Assembly (NCBI GenBank): GCA_047967505.1 | Contig: CM106538.1 | Length of the DNA stretch: 64,000 nt | Source: Dipteris shenzhenensis | Lineage: Eukaryota | Direction: 5' to 3' (one strand) | In this document: positions 10,551 through 23,189 of the stretch, piece after piece | Layout of the letters: each line of letters begins with the position of its first letter | How positions within the stretch are numbered: position 1 is the first letter of the stretch | Notes under the pieces: model-generated | Seen by the model: only the letters and a program-made list of their open reading frames with translations | Database searches by the model: none | What the model was told of the DNA's origin: nothing | Made by a program: the position numbers and the translations under genes

Positions 10551-11005
10551 TCAATTAACTTTCTAACCTTGTTCTTTCTTCCTCATTAACTCTGCACAGC
10601 TGTGTCTTCCCAGTGAAAAGCCATAGATTTGTACGATAATCTGGCATAGAGAGGGACATATTTGATTTTCTCCGCCTTTTGTGCATCCATCTGCTATCGT
10701 ATAGTTTGGGGAAATCCTTCTCAGCACTGCAAGACTTTTTTGATCCTCATTGTTTTAAGATGTAAATGTATTCGTGAGGAACAATTACCTTTCTAACCTG
10801 AGCGTCTCCAGGTTGGTGGTCTAGAGATCTTGGAGTTTTTTAACTTATTATTTCTTCCTGATTCGTTCTGCACAGCTGTGCCTTCCTAGTGAAAAGCCAT
10901 AGATTGTATGATCATCTATCTCAGAGGGGGGGAGATTCGTTTTTCTCCGCGCTTTTGTGTATCCATCTGGTCTCATATAGTTTGGGAATCCTTCCCAAGA
11001 CTGCA
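10551..11005. repeat. Diverged direct duplication, about 190-220 bp units (about 10551-10730 and 10782-11005)
   Basis: Shared blocks TTTCTAACCT, TCTGCACAGCTGTG, AGTGAAAAGCCATAGATT, ATCCATCTG and TATAGTTTGGG. Confidence 0.85.
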
Positions 11006-11444
11006 GTGAAAATGCTATGGCAGCAGTTAAGTGAAAAAAATGTTATTTCTTAGATGGATCAAGAAAGATAGTATGTATGATGTCCTCAATAATTGGAAGG
11101 GAAAAAATTCATGCACTAGTTTGAGATTTGAGAGCTGAATGGCAACACTTGAGTGGATCCCTGAATTGCTGGACGCTCATGTAGCTATATGTGGAACAAA
11201 TCTGGTGATGAATGACAATGAATTGCTCAATCTTGCTGTGATTTGCTGACAAGCTATTTGTATTGATTTCTTCATTTTCTCTATGGTTCTTTTAATTAAC
11301 TCTATGTATGATATTGTAACAGTCCTCTTTGCTCAAAGAATTTCCCATAATAAAGATAGTGTCTACTCTTTTAAGCTAATAGAGAAGCGCTGCAAAATTT
11401 GATGTAAATCACAGTAAAGCAGTTACACAATATGTTTCATGCAG

Positions 11445-11921
11445 GAATTGCAACGTCTACGGTGGACATAATGGATGAGACAAGGGGACGCACGATCCAG
11501 AAAGCTAAGGTACACTTTCCACCTTATAAACTTGCAAGTATAATCTCATGGTTGGTCAGCATGGTGATTGTAAATACCCATAAGAGCAAACTAAGCACAA
11601 TGAAGTAGAGTCGTGAGAAAACAATATGATGCCAACTAGCACTTCCATTTTACCACAGAGGGGACAGGATAGTGCAGGCTTGGGTCATATTCCCTTTCTC
11701 CCAGGTCTTGTGAGTTTGATCCGCCACAAGTGTGGCGATGCTAAAACTCCTGAGAAGAGATCACCATGTATGACGTGTCTGGTTCTCAATATGAAATTTT
11801 AGTGCATTAAACTGGAGTTTCTCTGCAGGTGAATATAATTTTAGGGAAATCCAATCAGTTTGATGAACTGATGGCAGCTGCAGTTGGAGTTGACACAGAT
11901 GTCTCTGAAGAAGTTGATTGA
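11445..11921 (+). CDS. ALBA: Alba DNA/RNA-binding domain protein, last two coding exons (11445-11509, 11829-11921)
   Basis: Spliced translation (R)IATSTVDIMDETRGRTIQKAK|VNIILGKSNQFDELMAAAVGVDTDVSEEVD* resembles the plant short Alba C-terminus (TSTV...GR..QKAK.EI.L.KS..FD.LMAAA). Canonical cag/ and /gt borders. Upstream exons not found in the window. Confidence 0.88.
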
Positions 11922-12644
11922 ATTTTTCTATTGTGTAAATTGAGACTGAGGGTATAGTCTGTCAGTCCAATAGTATCTGCTAAGGCATTGCATTCTTGTT
12001 GAGGTGTATATAAATTTTGCAGGTATTTCTAGGTATAACTGTTTACATAATTTTGTGACTGCCATGCGGACAGGCGGAGTCCGATTCAGGGTGGTTTATA
12101 AATACAAATGGATATTTTTGCTGTGCCATAGCAGTTCACTGAGTTCCATGTATTTCTGTTAGTGTGGATTTGATGCTGATTGCTATTGGCAACTATTTGC
12201 GTGCTGAGGGACAGTAGAAGGGGTGGCCATAAGGTGACTGCTCTGCCTGCTCACACATTTTATTTTTTTAGTTTCTTTCTGAAGAAAAGGAACTTTTCTA
12301 TGTATAAAATACAACATCATGGAGATGACATTATTTATTCTTTCTGTGCAATGCACTGAATTGACTTACTGATACAAAACTTAGCAGCATGGACGGCTGG
12401 AACTCATATCAGGAGTTGTTGTGAAGGGTGGTAGTTGTTGAGGATATCTTTGCAGGTAAACGAGGGAAGACGAATTGCTGTTGTCACGATTGTTTTCGGT
12501 TGGGAAATCAATGCGCATATAACTCTCTCACTCTCTTGGTGCCATGATGTGAGATGCCCAAGATCTGTTAGGCTTGGTTAGTTGTGGGGAATAAAGCTTC
12601 CTTAAGGGGGGTTGTGTGGGGGTGCGGGGGTTGTTTTGCCATAA

Positions 12645-13270
12645 ATTTATCATGCTTAGAAAAGATCAGATAGAAATTAACAGTTATCATGAAGGTGCTG
12701 TGGACGAGCCATTGCAGGTTGGTCAATTAGGATTGTGGCTCACTAATAACCCTAGGTCAGCTGCAAAGAGCCAGTTAGGGGTAGTTTGTGAAGTATGGAA
12801 TATGCTTGTAGGCCATGTCTGTCCAAAACACTCATGGTACCTAAGGGCAATGTGAGAGCCCTCCTGCCCATGCTTCTCGCTGGAGCACAGGGTGTAAAGC
12901 AAATGCCACCAAGGAGGTGGAGTCACTGATGACTAGCAGATTCACATCCCCCATGGTGGAGGGCCGGGAGGCGCGGGGGTCATTGTTGCAAGAAAAAAGG
13001 AACGAGTTTTATGCTTACAAAAGGCCAGATAGAAATTAACAGGTATCACTAGGGTGATAGCCGTGGGTCAGTTACAAGGAGCCATTAGGGGCACTTTGTG
13101 AATTTGTGAATGTGCCCACAGGCCATGTCTGTCTAAATACTCATGGTGCTTAGGGTCCATGTGAGAGCCCTCCTGCCCATGCTCCCAGAAGGAGGAAAGC
13201 ATGGTAACAACATCAAGCTAGATGCCATCAAGGAGGTGAAGTCATCAATGGATGGATTGATTTCCCACCC
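12645..13270. repeat. Two diverged copies of an about 300-bp interspersed repeat (about 12645-12955 and 13005-13270)
   Basis: Shared CAGATAGAAATTAACAG, GGCCATGTCTGTC, ATGTGAGAGCCCTCCTGCCCATGCT and CAAGGAGGTG. Confidence 0.8.
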
Positions 13271-13699
13271 ATTATAGGGCTCCACCTTGTTACCTAGATG
13301 TGCGAGGCTATAAGATGGTTAGCAGCTTTTACATCCCATCCTTTGGCTATAAGGGGCCTTTTGTGTGGGCGTTGGGGTGGTTGATTTGACCTCTAGCTGT
13401 ATCTCAACGAGCTCTTCCTAACCATAATAGGTTGAGGAGCTGCTCTGTGCCTTGTACTCAAAGGACTATTGCCTCTGCTGTCTCCCCAAGGTCCCCTCCC
13501 TTAGGGGCTGATCGGTGTTTTGAATTAAATAGAAAAGAGTTGCAAAATCAGTGGAGCCCCCAGAAGAGCATTTTGGAAGTGGTTTTCGGGCTGCATGGAG
13601 TTGCTTGAAGGAGTTCCAAGACATACACAGAAAACAGGTTGTCAGGCATTGAGAAAGAATTGGCAAAGTCAATGTAGTATTGGTCACTCTAGAGGCTGA

Positions 13700-16600
13700 A
13701 AAATTATCATTGGTGTTGAATTGTGCAATGAATAGTAACTGAGGTGTTGGAAGAAATAGAATGCAGGTACAATGCCAACCAAATTTCGTGAATCGAATTT
13801 GTCCAGAATTTCAAGATGCAAAAGATCCATGAAGACGTACATGAACTATTAATATATTTAAAAAAATCATAGGACGATATGGCTATTGAGGATGTGAAAA
13901 GGACAACTGGATTTCATACTTCAGATCCCTACTAGCAGGTTGAAACCTCATTAAGCACTTATTGTGCTTAATTCATCAGTAACGGACAACATGATACTTT
14001 CAGTTGATGGTCGAGTTTGTATAAAAAGATTGCAAGACTTTGGAAGACATATTTTAGACAGTCAATACATTGGGGTATTTTCATTGAAGGCATGTTTGGC
14101 TTCGCTTAGAGATTTGTGATCAAAAGAAAGGGGATTGCCATTACTATTGAAAGGCTAACCATGATGCAAAGGACTACTGTTACGAAAAAAGTTTACCAAT
14201 GGAAAGGTAAAAGCTAGTCAGTCAAATTATGCAAAGTGAAAATAGAGATAATGAACCTTCGAACGCTTATAATCACGCATTTATCGTTGTTCCTTTGGAC
14301 TCAAGTAATGAATAAAAGAATACATAATATGTTGATAGTGAGCATCAAGTCACATGACAACAAATAAGCTCATGTTTTTGACTCGATGATTATTGAAGAC
14401 ATTGGGCAAGCATATGGTGGGTACTTGAAAGTTAAAAAGGGGTAAGTGTGGTACTGATTAGAATGCGTAATGATCAGATCAAGTCTGTTGGCAATGTGTA
14501 GTATGTGCCTAGATTTGCTATCTAGCTTACAGTCAATTTAATCTATTGCAGAACATGACGCTAAAGTCTAGCTACTCAAGGACAAATGTTTTTGATAGAC
14601 ACACGAAATGAGGTTGCTATGGTTGATGTTTAAGGAGAGCGTTAGAAAAGATCACTGACCCACCTGTTGAGCCCCCATATATGAGGAGGAGACATCACGG
14701 CAGTGTAGTGCAGATATCTGTAGGCAGGTGAGGCTAGGCTGAACTGCATCTGAGCAGTTCTCAGCAGACTAGGGTTGTGCCCAGCAACTTGTCAGAAGAA
14801 ATACGGGCAGAAAATAAGTTTCCTTTTAGGCGCCTGAAAGGACTGCCCAACAGGTAACAATTTTGGACTGTTCCAGGTCTCCTGACCTGGCAGTCAACCA
14901 ACCTACAGGTCGGGTCAAATACCGACCAGGTCAGCCCAGCACCTTGCTGAATGCTTTTCCCCGAAGCAGTCCAGCCACTTTTGTGGTACACTCGACAAGC
15001 ACAAGGCAAGGTTGGTGGCCAAGGGTTACTCATCGGCTGAATGTCTAGCTTACGACGAGACCTTTGCACCAATGGCCTGGATGGAGACGATTTGGACGCT
15101 AAGAGCACTAGCTGCCCACTACAAGTGGCCCTCGTCAATGGAGACTTGGAGGAGGAAGTCAGTGTGGAGCAGCCACAAGGACTTCAGACCAAGAGAACCA
15201 TGGTGTGCGGGCTGAAATAGGCTCCCGAGGCATGGTATTAACGCATCCACGATTACTTCATACAGATTGGTCTTTCTTGAAGCTCGTTGGATGCAAACTT
15301 GTACCTCCATTCAGAGGGGACATGAGAATGATGGTGATTCCATATGTCAATGACTTTCATCTCTCAAGAAAAATACTGCCAAGAGATCCTGAAGCGGTTT
15401 CAAAAGGAAGAGTGCGAAGAGGTGATCCCGCCCATGGAAGTCGGAACAAACTCAGCAAAGAAGATTCGTGGACTAGACCAAGTATCAGCAACTTGTGGGG
15501 AGCTTGCTCCACCTCACAAACACTCGTCCTTACATTGCATTCTCAGTGGGATTACTTCGCCATTTTTCATCAAAACCCCTAGAGAATCATTGGTAAGCTT
15601 GCTTGCATGTGGTACGGTACTTGAAGGGCACCTCAAGATACGGGAACATGTGCCGCACATGGATTGACTTCTTTGGGTATTGTGGTTTGGATGGGCGGGA
15701 AATGGGAACACGCGATGTTTTACGACTGACCATTGCTTTCTACCAGCGTCAGGAGCCATTTCTTGGCTTAGTAAAAAGCAACCCACGGTCGCTCTTTCAT
15801 TTACGGAGGCATAGTAATGAACAGCCTATATGGCATCATGCGAGTCCTTATGGCCCAGGCAGATCCTTGAAGACATGGACGTTCTACAGGACGAAGTGGT
15901 GATTTATTGCGACAACCAAAGTTGCATTGCAATCGCAAAGAACCCAGGTTTTTCATGCTCAGACGAAGCACATTGAGGATCACTACGACTTCATCTGGAA
16001 GCTGATCATGGATGACTTGATCGAGCTGACATACCGCCCTAGAGAAGAAAATGCTGCCGATTGGTTCACCATGGCTCGCTCTTGTGAGCAGATGGAGCAT
16101 CTCATTCAACGTCCAGGGATGGGCCCACATTGAGTCAAAGAGGGGGTGTTAGAAAAGATCATTGACCCACCTGTGGGCCCCCGTATCAGAAGGGCATCAA
16201 GGCATTGTATCTGTAGCCAGGTGAGGGTAGGCTGAGCTGCATCTGAGCCTTTCTCATGAGATTAGGGTTGCACACAGCAACCTCTGTCAGTAGAAATAAG
16301 GGCAGAAAACAGGTTGCCTTTTAGGCACCTGAAAGGACCCAGAATTTTGGACTGTTCCGGGACCTGGCAGTCAACCGTCCTAAAGGTTGGGGTCAAATAC
16401 CAGACCAACTCAGCCTGGTCTGGTTGGCAGATTGGTTTGCTGGAACTGACACAGTACATCCGTTAGTTGTGGGGCTGGTCGCACTATATAAATGAGGCCC
16501 CTGCCTCACTATCTGCATCCCATTGAAGCTCTTTCAAAGGCACGCAGGAGCAGGTCTTCTGGAGCATTTGTACCTACATCTATACCTCAATTTGCAGTCT

Positions 16601-17960
16601 TGACTGTACTTTGCCCAGCACACTGCTGGATGTTTCTAGCTTCCCACTGAAGCAGTTCAGCCACTTTTGTGGCGACCTACACTGAGTATATTTTGGAAGC
16701 TCCTTTGCTGCTCTATATTCCACTGTGTCATTTTCAGTTTGTGGGTTCAGTTTTCTGTTGTACATCGGAAGTGAGCTGTCTAGGTTTTTCCTCTTCAGCT
16801 CCTGAAATTCTGACAGAGTTCCTTTCAGTAAACTTTGCAAGTTGAATGATGTGGTATGTGATAGAGCACTAGTGTCCTCAACATCGAATGGTAGAGATGT
16901 GGTCATTAGCATAGAAAGTGTCGATTATTTAAATATCACCATCTTATCTGTGACGGGTGCATGAAAAGAAATAGCACTAGTGACAAGTTCCTTAATGTGA
17001 TACAAGAGCATCAATATAATTGCTTGAGCTTGTGCATATTGAACTTGTGCAATAGAAACAAGGTTGAATGTGGGAATGCATTATCCCATGACAGTCACAG
17101 ATCTACGTGGCGAAGAAACACCTACACCAATTATTTCCCAAATTCAGAAAGTGCAAGGCAATGAGTATTTGTCATAGAGCATTAAGAGTTATTATGAATA
17201 ATTTGGGATTTAGAGACATATATGTGGCTCATGTATATTCTATAGAACAGAGTAAAAATTGGTTTATAAATGGTCCATGCTTCAGGCGAGTATATGTATG
17301 GAAGGAGCCGTGCATATGGGTATGCATACCTTGAAAAGATGTCCAACAAAGGCTTTGGATGGTTGAACACTTGAAGAAGTATATACTAGTACAAACTTAA
17401 TGTTACACTCATGAATTTTTGGTTGCCAAGCACATGCTCATATCCTTGGAGAGAAAGGGATGCAAAGTTAAAAGGATATATATTTATTGACTCGATGAGT
17501 ATGCAAAACCCTGGTTGTACATTGAAGATATCAAGAAAATCGTGACAAGCTGAAGATGCAATACCGATGATCATCATGAAACCGTGGTTGAGTCTCAAAA
17601 GTTGTGATTGTGACCTTGAAGGTAATTTTGAGAACAAAGAAGTAAGAAACTCAAAGATAAAACGTTGATGGCTTTTGCAAGCATTCAAGGATTCTCATGC
17701 ATTTTCTTGTCTCATGGACGTTCTTACAGCATGTCATGTACTAGATTTAGGCATATCAGCTTTGAAATAAAACTAGCATTGTTGATGGACATCTAGACTT
17801 GTAAGAGCCTACTCAAGGAGGCTTAGGCAAGAACGGATAGATACGCTACATAGTACATTCAAGTCATGAAAATAGATACATGATTTGATAGAATTGTCAC
17901 AATGTAAATGGAACCTACAACATGCAAATGGATGAAGCATAAAACAAATTGAAAACATGA
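13700..17960 (+). mobile_element. Highly decayed Copia element, interrupted at 14640-16883
   Basis: Protease-like YVDS.ASSHMT (about 14330-14360, frameshifted), integrase-like VHIELV/LC at about 17030, and RNaseH-like remnants near 17940. Confidence 0.6.
14640..16883 (+). mobile_element. Internally deleted Copia element: partial 5' LTR, RT/RNaseH remnants, PPT and 3' LTR (16147-16883)
   Basis: 14641-14940 aligns with 16148-16420. ARLVAKGYS...YDETFAP at about 15005-15070, VFHAQTKHIEDHYDFI...ENAADWFT, purine tract AAAGAGGGGG before TGTTAG at 16147, and LTR end CTCAACA. Confidence 0.85.
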
Positions 17961-18599
17961 GCAGGACTAAAGGCAATGTATAAAGTAACAAGTTGATTAG
18001 TCAAAGAAGGAGATTCTATTCAAATAGCCTTGAATGGATTGCACCATATATTTCAATACTGGGTTAGTAGCCTTGTTGCATAAATGAACAATCTTAAAAA
18101 CTTTGCTAGGTATCTCACTCAAATAAAAAATGAGTACTTGGCTTAAAAGAGGCACATAACACAAATAGGAGATCTTTATTTTTGATTGTATATGATCTCT
18201 TCACAATGTATAAGGCGAGTAGGTGGTATGTCCTTTCATAAATCTAAGGTATAGAGTGGGAGATTCGAGGAGAGTAGAGGTATATTGGATGGTTACAATA
18301 AGGACAAAGTTTAGGCTATCCTTGTTGACACTTAGCGCTAGACACCTTAGCTAGGCCATATCGCGTCTATTAGGAGCCATCAAGATTTTAGAGATAATGG
18401 CTAATTGAAATAACCTTCCTTAGAGTGAACTACCATAGAAAGTAAGCATGACATTACTTAAGGATAAGAGTCCCATACGAAGGGTAATATTACATCTACA
18501 TGGATTGTTGTCCTTCAAACTCAATGGATGAGGGGCGCCTCAATCTTTAGCCTACGGACACAAGCCTAGAGGAATTATTCCAAATGGTGAGGCGAAGAT

Positions 18600-20470
18600 T
18601 AGCAAAGACCATATATTAGTGGATTAGCCATAACTTTTGGGTTTTGTCTCACCCAAGTGCATCAATGATCACCAAGATGATGTTAGTTGCAGAGTTCATG
18701 TGCTAGATGCTCTTTGCATGGAAATGCCAAACCAAAATCTATTTGTCAAATAAAAGTTGTTGCTAGTTTATGGAGACCAATGCTTATGGTGAACCAAATG
18801 CAAAATTCATTGATGTTTTTAGAAGATGCTTTAAGGACACAATTTTAAGTAGGTAATGCATTTGCCATAAGCATCAAAGGTGTGGAAAACATTGAATATT
18901 CATTTATGAGAACAAAACCTTGGTGACCCACCTCAATTCCAAAAATTTAGTTAGCCAATGTGAGAATGAGAGGTAGTGATGCCATCATGGATCATTTTGA
19001 ATAAGATGAAAGTGCACTAAAAATGAAATGGAAGACTTTGAGTTTTATAGAGTACACTTTGAATTTTATCCTTGTCATTTGAAGGCCTCGAGGTGGCAGC
19101 AATTGCTAGAGGTTATGTGGTGGGGATTGAATGAAAAGTAGTAGGGAAGACTATGCAGAAGGTGCATTAGCTACTACAAAGATGCACAGCATGTGATTCA
19201 AAGATAAAAGGCCTTAGAAACATGCTTAGCATAGTGGAAGTTCTTGGTCTTATCCTATATAAAACAAGAGTTCTTCAAGTGAGTCGAGACAATGATCTAA
19301 TGCAAAGCAAAAGTTACCTACAAAGAGAAGGTAAAATAATTTAAGTATGACAAGTTGGGTCATATTGCCAGAGATTGCCAACGGAAGCCTACGAATGGGC
19401 AAGGCAACAAAGGAAAGAGGCTATATATCGAAGCCTACGAATGGGCAAGGCAACAAAGGAAAGAGGCTATATATCGCTATTGTAGGGAAAGACGAATATG
19501 TATTAGAAGGGTTAGATACAGGAGATGCATCAAATATATTGATTGAGTTTGTAAACTTGCCTTGGGGATGTCGCATTTTGCTCACTATTCCTACTCATAC
19601 TAGGTGGCATTTTTCAAATTATCCACTATGTGTATGTCTCCACATCATTTGCATCTCTCATGACCATGAAGATGCATTGCCTATTTTTCTTTCTCATTAA
19701 ACGTTGTATCACTGAGCTTCTACAAGTGTCTTAAATTCTTGAAATTTTCCTAAGAGTTCAAACCATTGTCTCTTCATCCCAACGTGGGCCAAGGAGTTAG
19801 TGGATGAGGCATAGAACATTGTCAAATACTTGAAGTGAAGAGGATAGCAAGAAATTTACATGTGTTTGTGACACAAGTTAAGAAACTAATTAGCTTCCAA
19901 GAGGTGGTTTGAAGAATAGGTAGATTCCCTAGAATCTTTTGAAACATAGATGGTAGCTTATGCTTGGGTATTGATGGGAGCAAAAATGTAGCTTTGCTTA
20001 CTATGTTATTTTTATTTTTAATTCTTTTGTTTTTGTTATAAATTTTCATTTTAATTATATTTTTCTCATTTACTCATAACTTTGTCTAAATTTGCTCTTG
20101 TTTCCATTGTTCTTTCACGTGTTCTAGAAAAATTACAATTTTTAAGATGGATATATTATAGTCTTATGAAGAGAGATATATTCTTTCCTTGGAAGAAGAA
20201 TACAATGGAACTCATGGGTGTTGATTAAACCACATAAAGGCAAGAATTTCATAGGTTGTAAATGGGTCTACAAGGTAAAGCATAAAATTGACAGATTCGT
20301 ATACCTGAAATTTGCCCCAAAAAAGTTTAAAATAAATAAATTTGATAGAAGCGTGGACAAGTATAATGTAAAGTTAATTGCAGAAAGTAATGCTCGAAAA
20401 GAGGGATAAGCTTTAAGGAGACCTTCACACTACCTCTGCATTAGAAGAGCATCCATCTTATTTTCTCTCT
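18600..20470 (+). mobile_element. Decayed Copia fragments (gag knuckle and RT start)
   Basis: KLGHIARDC at about 19350 and IGCKWVYKVK...VDKYNVKLIA at 20250-20385. Confidence 0.6.
19384..19475. repeat. Perfect 46-bp tandem duplication
   Basis: GAAGCCTACGAATGGGCAAGGCAACAAAGGAAAGAGGCTATATATC twice. Confidence 0.95.
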
Positions 20471-20499
20471 TGCATGTAATATTGGCTTGTTTATCCACC

Positions 20500-22800
20500 C
20501 TGGTTGAGTTCGTCTTTTGACCAATTGCCGCTAGTTGATCCCCCACCACCTTCATCTTGGTGATCTATTCTTGTATCGATTTTCCTTCAACCATATTGAA
20601 CAACTCTGCCTTGATGTTCAAGATTCTTGCCTCATTGTCAAGCTCGTACATATCCATCAAAGTCGTCCAGGCCTCAAAAGAAGCATCTGCCATCTAAATA
20701 TGTGGTAACACTACGTTCACCGTCATATCCACAATGATAGCCAAGGCTTCCCCATCCGGGACATGCCATGCTCTTACTAAGATAGGGTATCTTTAATCCT
20801 TGTCTTTATCTTTAAGAATGGTTCTTTTATTTATTTTTTAGACCTTGATACAACAAATTGATTCTAAGTGTTGGGGTTAATTGAGATTTGTGTTAAGGTG
20901 AAATTGTAATCTATTATATAGCTACCTTGAAGTAATTTAAAGTTAAATACTAAAATCTTGAACAAATTTAAAGTAACATAATAAAATCTTATTTCGACGT
21001 TTTTTAGTATATATATGAGATCAATCAAGATGTGATTTTTGTCTAGAGTTAAAATAAGATAGATGCGATTAATTTCCAAGAACAACAAAGAAACAAATGG
21101 AAAAGGATTCCCATAAAAAAAGTATGAGAGGCATGCTTCCTAGCTATGGTTTCACCTAAGTGAGATACATATCCATATTGGCATCTTGAACTATGATCGG
21201 AAGCTATTTGTGTGGTTTCCTCAGGGGGGTTCGCTCTATAAAAACCCAGGGTAGAATGCGCAAGCAAGTTATCTTATATCTTTTAAGATAAATTTTCATC
21301 ACCTTCAATATGGATACATGTTTGGCTTTTAAGTGTACAAGTCCCCTCTATACATGCAACATTGGATAAATAGGTTATCTTTGTAAATGGTATGGAAGTT
21401 TTGAATAAGAAAATATCCCTCCATTGGCTAAGGTGCTATGCTACATGTTTGTGAGATGATGCCTTGGGTTTAGCTCTAAATGCTTCAATATTATGAGTAT
21501 GCATATCATGCAACATAAATCACATTCATACCTATGTTAATTTATCTTTCCATACAACACAAAATTCCATGTTTACTTACAAGATATGTCACTTGAATGT
21601 CCATTTAATTGTAATTTCTATCAAGATTGAATTGCACATTCTTAAAAGGATTGAAAAGTAACCATCCACATGTACTTTAAGAAGAGTCATGGTTGGATCA
21701 GTTATAACAAAGTTCAAGGGAACTATTTATAACATTTGGATTGCTTAAATAGGTTTTACACCTCTAATCAAAACGAGGAAGAGCAATCTAGGTGACATAT
21801 GAGATTTCTTTAGCACCCCAATGGATGTCAATAGTTCATACGCATCTTTTATAGACTAATTTATCAATATAGTACAATTGTATGAAAAGTAGTGTGGGAG
21901 AATCATGTCTTATGTGGATGAATGGATGAACAAGTGATGCACCTAAGGATGTCAACTTCAATGTGTATGTGAGTATACTTAAAATGAACCACAATGAACA
22001 AGTAATGCACCTAAGGCTGTCAACTTCAGACTAGCTAACATAAATACATTTGTTGACCTTGCATATGTCATGCAACTTCTCACTACTCATTATTGCCTCT
22101 ATGTTGGGCCAACTCCTTTTCTCCATATTGTATTTCTAAGTCATTGCTTGCACTAAGATTGTCCACTCCAAAATCAACTCCACTATATTTTGTTCTTGCC
22201 AAACATCGTTTTTTTATTAACCCATGCTTTTGTGATTATTATAAAGCAATTGTCTTGGTTATAGTCCTTGCTAGATGGCTATCCATTTGAGACAAGAGCA
22301 AATAATATGGATGAAATGTTGGCTAGTGAAAATAAAACATGCTTCCATGCATGAAAAATCAACCAAGCTAAGTAAGTGGATGAGAATAGATGAAGCATAT
22401 TTAGTTCCACTTATCTTCATAATTTGATGATAAAGAAATAGTTTCTTATTATTGTTGCTAACTTCCATGTTCTACTAACTTCCATGTTTCCTGTAGTTAT
22501 AATAATGTAGTTGCCTTTTCTTACTATGATTCCCTTTTTAGTAGCCTAGCCACTTGTCTCACTCTTCCCACTAGAGTTACTATTCATTGCTATTACTCCC
22601 TTCCTCAATATTGTGGATTACACATGTAAGGCTTATGAAAGAAGAAAATTGGATGCTACAAGTCCATGACATTTGCACAAATAAGATTTCATTATGAAAG
22701 AGGTGAAGTTTGGCTTGGAATGGAAAACCATGGAGATATGATAAGAGGGGCCTAAAATTCAACCACCCACATCAAATATCACTTGGCCCTATTCTAATGC
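20500..22800 (-). mobile_element. Decayed Copia fragments on the minus strand
   Basis: Gag-like VLPHI*MADASFEAWTTLMDMYE (20640-20715) and RNaseH-like KAKHVSI (about 21310-21330). Confidence 0.5.
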
Positions 22801-22956
22801 GTTACTCGTAAACATCAAAATACCTACATCAGATTCACATGTGCACTAAAAAGAAAACATAAACTAGGAGAAATAATATTAACCATTGAAAAAAGTACAA
22901 GTTATTTGTGATTTTAGATACAAGCCATAATTAGTAAGCTTCTTAGGAACTTTGGT

Positions 22957-23189
22957 GTCGCGATATTAAATATTGCCAAAGTAGATAAGTTTTCTTATAC
23001 TCCTAGCTAGAAGTTATGGCTTACCTAGAATCAAATATACTAGCATTTCAAAGATGACCCTTATCATAGTCGCGATATTAAATATTGCCAAAGTAGATAA
23101 GTTTTCTTATACTTCTAGCTAGAAGTTATGGCTTTTGTACACCTAGAATCAAATATATTAGCATTTCAAAGATGACCCTTATCATAGTC
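22957..23189. repeat. Near-perfect tandem duplication of about 112-120 bp
   Basis: GTCGCGATATTAAATATTGCC...CCCTTATCATA at 22957 and 23069; the second copy has a short insertion. Confidence 0.92.
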
